Assembly: GCA_964591795.1 (NCBI GenBank)
Contig: CAZQEL010000030.1
Span: 1 to 6,208, forward strand
Reading direction: 5' to 3'
From: an uncultured archaeon
GTDB lineage: Archaea > Iainarchaeota > Iainarchaeia > Iainarchaeales > CSSED10-239
DNA length: 6,208 nt
Made by a program: the position numbers and the translations under genes. Positions 1 to 6,208 of the stretch are shown here, one piece after another. How positions within the stretch are numbered: position 1 is the first letter of the stretch; each line of letters starts with the position of its first letter. The notes beneath the pieces are model-generated. The model was not told the DNA's origin. It did no database searches and saw only the letters and a list, made by a program, of their open reading frames with translations.

Positions 1-206
1 TCACCATAATTATTATCATGACCATGTAATTTACTAGGAAAAGGATCTATATCATATCTATAAAAAATCCAAACTCTATTATTTGATTTAATTATTTTCT
101 TTGCCACACATAAGGAACCATTTTTAAGAATAATAATAGATTCCTCTTCTGGTACATTTAGTGCCAATTTAACAATTATTGAATTTGAAGATAATTTCCC
201 TCTCAA
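1..206 (-). CDS. hypothetical protein, N-terminal fragment (3' end outside window), putative TTG start
   Basis: Not in the ORF track; found by manual translation of the minus strand. The frame has 68 open codons from TTG (204..206) to the window edge: LRGKLSSNSIIVKLALNVPEEESIIILKNGSLCVAKKIIKSNNRVWIFYRYDIDPFPSKLHGHDNNYG. An in-frame TAA lies 8 codons upstream of the TTG, and there is no in-frame ATG or GTG. A strong SD, AGGTGA (211..216), sits 4 nt upstream of the TTG. In sequence this AT-rich, stops are frequent, so a 75-codon open frame co-directional with its neighbours is unlikely by chance. No family recognised. Confidence 0.45.
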   Translation of the reverse strand, partial: MRGKLSSNSIIVKLALNVPEEESIIILKNGSLCVAKKIIKSNNRVWIFYRYDIDPFPSKLHGHDNNYG

Positions 207-210
207 ATAT

Positions 211-216
211 TCACCT
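211..216 (-). promoter_or_regulatory. Shine-Dalgarno AGGTGA upstream of the TTG-initiated downstream ORF
   Basis: Minus strand reads AATAATAGGTGAATATTTGAGAGGG. The 6-nt SD match is followed by a 4-nt spacer (5 nt from the AGGTG core) and then TTG at 204..206. Confidence 0.45.
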
Positions 217-262
217 ATTATTGATATTTATATAAGATTAGTTGCATATTTTTCAGATAAGT

Positions 263-285
263 AAAAAAATTATTATAAATAATTT
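263..285 (-). terminator. weak candidate intrinsic terminator (A/T-only hairpin plus T-run) 14 nt downstream of the methyltransferase stop
   Basis: Perfect 8-bp inverted repeat AAATTATT (267..274) / AATAATTT (278..285) with a 3-nt loop. On the minus-strand transcript it is followed by a T-run (the A7 run at 263..269 on the plus strand, partly inside the stem). The stem has no G:C pairs, so predicted stability is low, and such palindromes arise by chance in AT-rich DNA. Confidence 0.25.
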
Positions 286-298
286 ATATTTTAGTTGT

Positions 299-3200
299 TC
301 ATTTATTTTCCTCAATTATTTTTATTTCATCAAGGGTTAATTCATATAATTTATAAACTAATTGATCAATTTCTGCTTCTAATTGTTTAACTTTTTGTAG
401 TTTAATTTTGTTTTCGAGATAATCTTCATCTTTAGTAATTAAAAGAATTTGATCCACTAATTGAATAAAAGGTTTTTGTTGTTCTGGAGAGATATGTTTT
501 ATGGGTAAAACTTTCATGTGATTTGGATAAAAATGAGTTCCATCATAATAAAGCTCATTAAAATAAAACTTAATTATTTTTGAATTTAATATTGATTGTA
601 AATAAAAAAGGTTATATTTTTTAGATGTTTGCATTTTATCTAAATTAATAGTTCTTTTGATTGTTACATAATCTACATTTTTAAATTTATACCATAAAGT
701 TAATATAACAACAGAATCATTGCAATAATGCTTATTATCATCATAAATAAAACGCAATTTGGAAATATCACTTAAAGTTCTTAGTCCAACTAATTTATCA
801 TTATTAAATAATTCCGGAAACATTGGATTATACATTACTTTTGGCTGAAAGTCTAAATAATAGCTATTTTTTAAACTCCAATATCCCATATCTTTTCCTT
901 CGAAATATTTTTTAAATTCAGGTTTTTCCTTTTTTAAATAAATAAAAAATTCTTTTTTTAAATTTAATTTTTCACTACTTGGTCTTAATCCATAATTTAC
1001 AGAACAAATATCTTGAACTTGCAAACAATTATTTTTTATTTTTCTTAAGAGTATTAATTTATCTTGGGTTAAGTTTATTCTAAAATTATTTTCTTCAGTT
1101 TTATCAAAAATATTTTGCTGAATATATTTATAGTTCTTATTTATGAAATCAAATTTTTGTTCTTTTGTATGTATGTCAATGATAGATATTAGATTTTTTT
1201 CAAAATATTTTTTTGAAATTTGAATTATTGAAGTTCTTACTGTGGCTGTGTCAAAAATATCATAATTAAAATTTATAATAATATTTATATTATTTTTCAA
1301 AAATAACTGTCTTAACTTTAAACCATATTTTTGAGATAAAAACTTATTAGATGTAATATAACTTATATTTCCATCTTCTCTAAGTAAATCAATACCCAAT
1401 TCATAAAAAAGAATATATAAATCATACTTTTGAAACGCAGTTTTAAATTTAGAATATACTGGTTTTAAATCAGAGTTGATTTGCTCTATGTTTATGTAAG
1501 GTGGATTACCAATAACTATATCAAAACCAGGATTGTCTCTATTAAAAACATCATTAAAATATAATTCCCAGATAAAAAAAGGTTTTGATTTTGATTTTTT
1601 TATTTTTTGTAATTTATCTAAAGCTTCTTTAGAATTTTGTTCTTTTAATTTTTCTTCAATAAAACCCCACTCAATATTATCTATTTGAGCCTTTAATTCA
1701 TGTTTTTTAATCCGACTTGATTCGTTAAAGTATTCTTTTTGTAATTTTTGAAGTTTTTTAAATAATATATCTGATTTACTATCAAATATTTTTGTTTGAT
1801 ATGAATCTTTTTCTTTATTTTTATTAATTAATAAATTATTAAATAATTTAATTTCCTCAAATTCATCTAAAAGACTATTTCCACACATTATCTTATTATC
1901 TAAATTTGGAAGTGGTTTAATATTATCCATATTATCTTCATCTACAATAAGAGATAACCAAAATCTTAATTTAGCAATTTCTACTGCAGAAGGTTCAATA
2001 TCTACACCATATAGTGAATTCTCAATGGTTTCTCTTTTAAGAAAATAGTTTGTTCTTTTTTTCTGTTCTTTTTCAGAAAGTAAAAAAGTTAAAATAGATC
2101 TACATTTAATAATTTCAGTCATCATTCCAACTGGAAAGGCACCAGAACCAACTGCGGGATCTGCAATTTTTACATTTAACAATAATTCATCAATTTTTTT
2201 AAAATTGATTTTGATAGAGTCAGGTAGCGGAAATCTATTTACAGAAATAGTATAATTATTTTGTTTACTATCTTCTTGATCTCTAATTAATTCACTTAAT
2301 GTATATTCCCCATTTATTACAAAATAGTCTATATCATTTCGGATAATATTTTCTATTTTTAAATTAGTTTCTAAATAATTAATTAGTGATTGTTGACACA
2401 TATAATGAACAATCTCTCTAGGAGTATAAAATGCACCTTTAGATTTTCTATCATTTACTTCTAATAATTCTTCAAAAACTCTACCTAACATTTCTGGATC
2501 TACAGCAACTTCTTTATCTAATGGTTCATCTTCTTTAATTGTAAAATTAAATCTGTCAAAAACATCAAAAATATCTTTAAATATTGCATTATCAATTAAG
2601 ATATCTGTTTTTTCCCAAGAATAATTATTTATTGGTTCGAATAATCCACCATTTAGAAATGGTATTTTACATTTAAATCTACTATAATAATCATTATTTT
2701 CTTTTCTATCAATGGCAAGTGCTTCATAAAATAAAGGTTCTAATATATCATTAAAAAAATTATTATAAGTTATATTTAATTTTTTATCGAATAACCTTTT
2801 TAAAAAACCTTTTGGACCTGAACCCCATTTATTAAAATCACCATTATTATCTTTTGTAACACCAAGCCAACCTTTCTTTTGTAAAAAATATAAAAATACA
2901 ATTTGCCCTAACAATTTTTTAGAAAAAGAAATAGAATCAATATCTTTATCACTAAATTCTTTTTTAATATTTTCATCTTTTTCAACTAAAGAATCTAAAG
3001 ATTCCTTTAATCTAAAATATAAATTTTTATATTCATTAAAAAATTCTTTAGTTACATTATCAACACTAAATGATTTTTCGATTTCATCTATAGTAGGATT
3101 AATTTCATTTTTAATTATAAAAGACTCTAATTGCTTTTGACAAGTATAATTGGATTCATTTTTACCAACTAAATAAGAATATCTTTTTATAGGTGTTATC

Positions 3201-3619
3201 TCAGTAGAGGTTTTCAATTTACCAGAATCATTAAATACAATTTTAGCTTCTACTTTTACAAAAGAAAATCTCCAATCATCTAAATTTTCATCTGTAAATG
3301 CTATTAAAGATGCATTACTTTGTTTATATTTTAAATAATTTGCAACAAAATTTCGTTGCATTGTCCTTGCTCTATCAATAGAACTATGTTTTTTTAATTT
3401 AATAATTAATATATTTAATATTTGTCTATTATTTTTATATTTTCCGAGATCATAGGCTTCAGAAATATATTCTTTAAAAGAAGAATGAACAAATATCTTT
3501 GATTTTTTATATTCAAAAGCACCATTAAAAATTTCAGTTATAAATTTAACGAATTGTTCTTCATTAAAACTGTTTTTGAATGTATCTTTTAATAATTTAT
3601 GTGCATCTTCTTTATTCAT
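299..3619 (-). CDS. Eco57I/MmeI/PglX-like gamma-class N6-adenine DNA methyltransferase with N-terminal PD-(D/E)XK-like motif and C-terminal TRD (putative Type IIG restriction-modification fusion)
   Basis: 1106-aa ORF, ATG 3617..3619, TGA 299..301. Motifs occur in gamma-class order. KGAFYTPREIV (FYTP 2420..2431). Motif I IADPAVGSGAF (2141..2161). YGVDIEPSAVEIAKLRFWL. CGNSLL. A long Lys/Glu-rich helical insertion, then FFIWELYFNDVF...GFDIVIGNPPY (NPPY 1496..1507), the pre-NPPY signature of Eco57I-type enzymes. The helical-domain signatures LYFLQKKGWLG and IPFLNGGLFEP are shared with MmeI/PglX-type enzymes. The C-terminus, ...LEAEIDQLVYKLYELTLDEIKIIEENK, is the typical TaqI_C-like tail. The N-terminus carries D110-X13-E124-A-K126 (3242..3292) flanked by hydrophobic beta-like strands. 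MTase identity is high confidence; nuclease activity is inference. Confidence 0.92.
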   Translation of the reverse strand: MNKEDAHKLLKDTFKNSFNEEQFVKFITEIFNGAFEYKKSKIFVHSSFKEYISEAYDLGKYKNNRQILNILIIKLKKHSSIDRARTMQRNFVANYLKYKQSNASLIAFTDENLDDWRFSFVKVEAKIVFNDSGKLKTSTEITPIKRYSYLVGKNESNYTCQKQLESFIIKNEINPTIDEIEKSFSVDNVTKEFFNEYKNLYFRLKESLDSLVEKDENIKKEFSDKDIDSISFSKKLLGQIVFLYFLQKKGWLGVTKDNNGDFNKWGSGPKGFLKRLFDKKLNITYNNFFNDILEPLFYEALAIDRKENNDYYSRFKCKIPFLNGGLFEPINNYSWEKTDILIDNAIFKDIFDVFDRFNFTIKEDEPLDKEVAVDPEMLGRVFEELLEVNDRKSKGAFYTPREIVHYMCQQSLINYLETNLKIENIIRNDIDYFVINGEYTLSELIRDQEDSKQNNYTISVNRFPLPDSIKINFKKIDELLLNVKIADPAVGSGAFPVGMMTEIIKCRSILTFLLSEKEQKKRTNYFLKRETIENSLYGVDIEPSAVEIAKLRFWLSLIVDEDNMDNIKPLPNLDNKIMCGNSLLDEFEEIKLFNNLLINKNKEKDSYQTKIFDSKSDILFKKLQKLQKEYFNESSRIKKHELKAQIDNIEWGFIEEKLKEQNSKEALDKLQKIKKSKSKPFFIWELYFNDVFNRDNPGFDIVIGNPPYINIEQINSDLKPVYSKFKTAFQKYDLYILFYELGIDLLREDGNISYITSNKFLSQKYGLKLRQLFLKNNINIIINFNYDIFDTATVRTSIIQISKKYFEKNLISIIDIHTKEQKFDFINKNYKYIQQNIFDKTEENNFRINLTQDKLILLRKIKNNCLQVQDICSVNYGLRPSSEKLNLKKEFFIYLKKEKPEFKKYFEGKDMGYWSLKNSYYLDFQPKVMYNPMFPELFNNDKLVGLRTLSDISKLRFIYDDNKHYCNDSVVILTLWYKFKNVDYVTIKRTINLDKMQTSKKYNLFYLQSILNSKIIKFYFNELYYDGTHFYPNHMKVLPIKHISPEQQKPFIQLVDQILLITKDEDYLENKIKLQKVKQLEAEIDQLVYKLYELTLDEIKIIEENK

Positions 3620-3620
3620 A

Positions 3621-6208
3621 TTAATTACCTACAAGCCATTCAGACAATATAACTTCTCTAGGACCAGAAGTGTTTGCAGAACTTTTAAAATTATTAAAAT
3701 ATTCTTTAGAAATATTTGATTTTAAAATACTTAATATTTTTAATGGGTTGTCAGAATTTTCTTTTTTAATATCATTTAACGATTTCTGAATCATTTTCTT
3801 TGGAAGACTTCCTTTATTTAATAAATCAATTAAATTTAAGATAAACTCATCATCATCTTCAGTAAAAACATTTGAATTAGTAATTGCTTTTACAAATTTT
3901 AGTAACTGAGATTCATTACTACGACCTCTTCCAGATAAATCAGAAACATTAGTATCTGTATCAAAAATATAATTAAAGGTGTCTTTATTTATTTTTAAAT
4001 AATCATAAAATTTATTTGAAATTTTTTCTTTTTTTAGATCCACTTTAGATTCAAAATATTTTATAGCTTCTACAAAGTTTAATTCATCAGAAATTAACCC
4101 TTCAGTAACAAATATTTTTTTTAACTTACCCTTTTTTAAAAAAGTAATTAATTTATCTTTCTTTTCAAAATATTTTTTAGCAGTTCTAGATTTTTTTGGT
4201 AGTTTTTTAATTTTTGCAAATAATTTATCATCATTATCTCTAATACCTCTTATAATTTGCAAATATTTTAATTCTTCGTCATCATCTTCTGAAGAATCAT
4301 CTAAAATATCTTTAGAAATTAATTTATTAAATAAGTGATGAGATTTTATTGGTTCATCAGTCAATAATTTAGAATCATTTCCAAGCATTTCAATAAATGC
4401 TTCAATTTTAGCTTCTGCAGCATCTTTTAATTTAATTTTATCATCAATAACCCCTATTGGAAAAAAGTTGTAGGTATATAATTTTTCATGAGTTGTGTCT
4501 ACTCTATTTATACGACCTACTCTCTGCATCATCTTTATTGGATTCCAAGGAATATCATAATTAATAATTACACTTGCTTGATGAAGATTTACACCTTCTG
4601 CTAATATATCAGTTGTAACTAAAATTCTAAAATCATTTTTAATAACATTAGCCCTTGCATCAAAATTAGATATTAACTCGTCTTTATTTATTTGTTTTAT
4701 ATTGCTATAAAAAGGTAATACCGTATTATCAAATTTTTTATTTAATTGATTAGAAAGATATTCTACAGTTTCTTTTGACTCAGAAAAGACAATTAACTTA
4801 TTATTTTTGAGTATTTTATCAGTTTTTAAAATATCGATAAATTGATCTAATTTTGGATCCACATAAATGAAATCCCATTTTTCTTTTATTTGTTTTAAAA
4901 TTTTTAAATCATCCTTTAAATCTTTAATAAACAAAGAATTAAATTTATTTGAAGGATATTCTTTAGCGGATTCATTATCAATTAATTTTTGAATACTTTC
5001 TAAATCATCATTATCTAATAGTTCAAATATTTTATTTACATTTTTACTAATATATACTTTTTTATTAACTTCAAACACATCTATAAAATTTTCATAAGAT
5101 TTAATAAATCTGTTAATTGACCTTTTAAAAGCATCAAAACTACTCTCAAGTCTTTTTAAAAGTAACCCTTTCATAAAATTACCCATATTCTTTTGAGATT
5201 GTTTTTCCATTTCAGAAAGAGATTCTGTAAAATAAGTTAATGCCATATATCTAGAGTATTTAAATTTATTAATGATTAAATCTAAAGTTTCATCAAAGAC
5301 CTTATTTGTTTCAACATCAAAATTATAATACACAGGACAAGGTGCTTCAACTATTGGAAATTTAAGATTTTGTTGACTTAAATCTTCGGCATAATATTTA
5401 CTAACCCCATTTCTAGTTCTTCTAACCATTATATATTTTAAAACATTTTCTCTAATATCTTTTGCATTTGATTTAATAATTTTTAAGTATTCTTCTTTAT
5501 CAATACTTCTATCTAAATTGTCTAATCTTTTTTGTAAACTTTTAAAATATAATTCTAAATCTCTTACTTTTGGATTTGGAAGTGTTGAATGATGTCTATC
5601 TTGAAATAATGATATTTGACTTAATATGTCCATTGGAGTATTATTTAAAGGAGTTGCAGTAACTAAAATTATTTTTTTACCCCTACAAATTTTATGTAAT
5701 TGTTCATACATTTGAGTTGAATCAGTTCTAAATCTATGAGCTTCATCTATAAATACATTTTCAAAATCATCTACACCTTTTTTTATTAAATGATCTAATT
5801 TACCTATAGATTCAACTTTAAAACCTCTTACCCCAAATTCTCTTAACACATTTGGCCAAGAACCTGGTTTATCTTCATCTAAAAGAGATGGAGGTGCTAT
5901 TATTAATGAATTACCAGTTAATTTTTGAGCAAGTAAAGTTGACATATAAGTTTTACCTAAACCCACAACATCTGATAAAAATACACCACCATATTGTTCA
6001 AGTCTGTCTTTTGCTTGATTAACAGCATCTGTTTGATATTTAAGATTTAAATAGTGTTTAGGTAAATAAAGATCATTTAATTCACTATCTTTATTAATTT
6101 CATCTTTAAAGTATTCATATAAAAATTTTAAATATAATTCATAAGGAGTTATACTTGTATTTAACCATGTTTTTGTTTCAATTGAATTTATGTATGTTTC
6201 AGATACAT
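3621..6208 (-). CDS. SNF2/Rad54-like superfamily-2 helicase (ATP-dependent dsDNA translocase); 5'-partial, continues beyond the window end
   Basis: ORF track gives 3621..5966. I translated 5967..6208 by hand in the same frame. It is open with no stop, reading ...TKTWLNTSITPYELYLKFLYEYFKDEINKDSELNDLYLPKHYLNLKYQTDAVNQAKDRLEQYGGVFLSDVV-GLGKT. It contains no in-frame ATG/GTG/TTG, so the true start lies outside the window. SF2/SNF2 motifs occur in order: Q-like LKYQTDAV; I DVVGLGKT (5949..5963); Ia LIIAPPSLL; II FIDEAH (DEAH at 5736..5747); III LVTATPLNN; SNF2-type IMVRRTR; V LVTTDILAEGVNL; VI QRVGRINR (4503..4526). About 280 aa follow motif VI with no recognisable motif. Stop TAA at 3621..3623. 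Confidence 0.93.
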   Translation of the reverse strand, partial: VSETYINSIETKTWLNTSITPYELYLKFLYEYFKDEINKDSELNDLYLPKHYLNLKYQTDAVNQAKDRLEQYGGVFLSDVVGLGKTYMSTLLAQKLTGNSLIIAPPSLLDEDKPGSWPNVLREFGVRGFKVESIGKLDHLIKKGVDDFENVFIDEAHRFRTDSTQMYEQLHKICRGKKIILVTATPLNNTPMDILSQISLFQDRHHSTLPNPKVRDLELYFKSLQKRLDNLDRSIDKEEYLKIIKSNAKDIRENVLKYIMVRRTRNGVSKYYAEDLSQQNLKFPIVEAPCPVYYNFDVETNKVFDETLDLIINKFKYSRYMALTYFTESLSEMEKQSQKNMGNFMKGLLLKRLESSFDAFKRSINRFIKSYENFIDVFEVNKKVYISKNVNKIFELLDNDDLESIQKLIDNESAKEYPSNKFNSLFIKDLKDDLKILKQIKEKWDFIYVDPKLDQFIDILKTDKILKNNKLIVFSESKETVEYLSNQLNKKFDNTVLPFYSNIKQINKDELISNFDARANVIKNDFRILVTTDILAEGVNLHQASVIINYDIPWNPIKMMQRVGRINRVDTTHEKLYTYNFFPIGVIDDKIKLKDAAEAKIEAFIEMLGNDSKLLTDEPIKSHHLFNKLISKDILDDSSEDDDEELKYLQIIRGIRDNDDKLFAKIKKLPKKSRTAKKYFEKKDKLITFLKKGKLKKIFVTEGLISDELNFVEAIKYFESKVDLKKEKISNKFYDYLKINKDTFNYIFDTDTNVSDLSGRGRSNESQLLKFVKAITNSNVFTEDDDEFILNLIDLLNKGSLPKKMIQKSLNDIKKENSDNPLKILSILKSNISKEYFNNFKSSANTSGPREVILSEWLVGN
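3627..3630 (-). promoter_or_regulatory. Shine-Dalgarno-like AGGT for the methyltransferase gene, embedded in the last codons of the helicase gene
   Basis: Minus strand reads GTAGGTAATTAATATG. AGGT is 7 nt upstream of the ATG (3617..3619). The helicase TAA stop (3621..3623) lies between the SD and the ATG. Confidence 0.5.

Noticed and set aside
207-298. Sigma70-like promoter for the downstream ORF (TATAAA/TATATA-like -10 hexamers around 225..235)
   Set aside because: The spacer is almost pure A/T, so -10-like hexamers are everywhere. The best -35 candidate at 17-nt spacing (TGAAAA) matches only 3 of 6 positions. It cannot be distinguished from background without TSS data.
299-301. Mollicutes-type genetic code (TGA = Trp), considered because of the extreme AT content and the TGA stop of the methyltransferase
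   Set aside because: The ~1950 codons of the two large ORFs contain no in-frame TGA. All Trp residues I checked are TGG. The protein already ends with the canonical TaqI_C-like tail, and read-through would add only 5 codons before a TAA. The standard code fits.
1581-1600. Short tandem repeat ggttttgattttgattttt (encodes KSKSK)
   Set aside because: It has only two copies of a 6-nt unit inside a low-complexity Lys-rich linker of the helical insertion preceding NPPY. It is compositional, not a structured repeat.
1574-1601. Homopolymer runs (A7 at 1574..1580, T7 at 1595..1601, other 7-mers near 953, 1194 and 2056) as phase-variation switches in the methyltransferase gene
   Set aside because: Runs of 7 A/T are expected by composition in DNA this AT-rich. 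They are shorter than the tracts normally associated with high-frequency slipped-strand switching. There are no poly-G/C tracts at all.
1550-1867. Lys/Glu-rich ~100-aa segment between CGNSLL and FFIWELYF as a foreign insertion or coiled-coil effector domain
   Set aside because: A long helical insertion at this position, immediately before the FxW..F..VF...GNPPY block, is a normal hallmark of Eco57I/PglX-type methyltransferases. It is not evidence of novelty.
299-3619. Calling the methyltransferase BREX PglX
   Set aside because: The helical-domain and MTase motifs are shared with PglX. However, the window shows no pglZ, brxC or brxL. The partner gene is an SNF2 helicase, and the protein carries an N-terminal D-X13-EAK nuclease-like motif not expected in PglX. 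This cannot be fully excluded without flanking sequence.
3600-3640. Possibility that the helicase and methyltransferase are one frameshifted or pseudogenised fusion gene (a Type ISP-like single polypeptide)
   Set aside because: In the MTase frame, reading back from the ATG gives AAT ATT GTA and then an in-frame TAG. The helicase frame ends in a clean TAA. A fusion would need more than a single indel. The MTase also has its own ATG with an SD-like AGGT at proper spacing. These are two intact genes.
5964-5966. GTG at 5966 as the helicase start codon, as implied by the ORF track
   Set aside because: It encodes the Val in DVVGLGKT, inside the Walker A motif. The frame is open for 80 more codons upstream and encodes the obligatory Q-motif region. 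A helicase starting here would lack part of its ATP-binding site.
1-6208. CRISPR arrays, tRNA/rRNA/ncRNA genes, transposase or integrase genes, terminal inverted repeats, plus-strand ORFs
   Set aside because: No spaced direct repeats or GC-rich structured segments are visible. All three plus-strand frames are dense with stop codons. The window is almost entirely occupied by the two large minus-strand CDSs, so mobility context cannot be judged from it.

Overview
Very AT-rich window (by eye well under 30% GC). All detectable coding is on the minus strand and there is no credible plus-strand ORF. It holds three co-directional ORFs. (1) 3621..>6208 is a 5'-truncated SNF2/Rad54-like SF2 helicase; the ORF-track start at 5966 is a GTG inside the Walker A loop, and the frame stays open to the window edge. 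(2) 299..3619 is a 1106-aa Eco57I/MmeI/PglX-like gamma-class N6-adenine DNA methyltransferase. It has an N-terminal D-X13-EAK (PD-(D/E)XK-like) nuclease motif, a helical spacer domain, the MTase core, a target-recognition region and a TaqI_C-like tail, which is the architecture of a Type IIG restriction-modification fusion. (3) <1..206 is the N-terminal 68 codons of an unrecognised ORF with a TTG start and an AGGTGA Shine-Dalgarno. Genes 1 and 2 are joined by TAA-T-ATG, consistent with translational coupling. I see no rRNA, tRNA, CRISPR array, transposase, integrase or long repeats. The main hypothesis is a two-gene, helicase-coupled, Type IIG-like restriction/defence module: an SNF2 translocase plus a nuclease-MTase-TRD protein. 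Functionally this would resemble a split Type ISP or inverted Type III enzyme. Alternatively it could be the drmD-drmMI half of a class 1 DISARM locus whose other genes lie outside the window. All family assignments rest on motif recognition by eye; no database search was possible.
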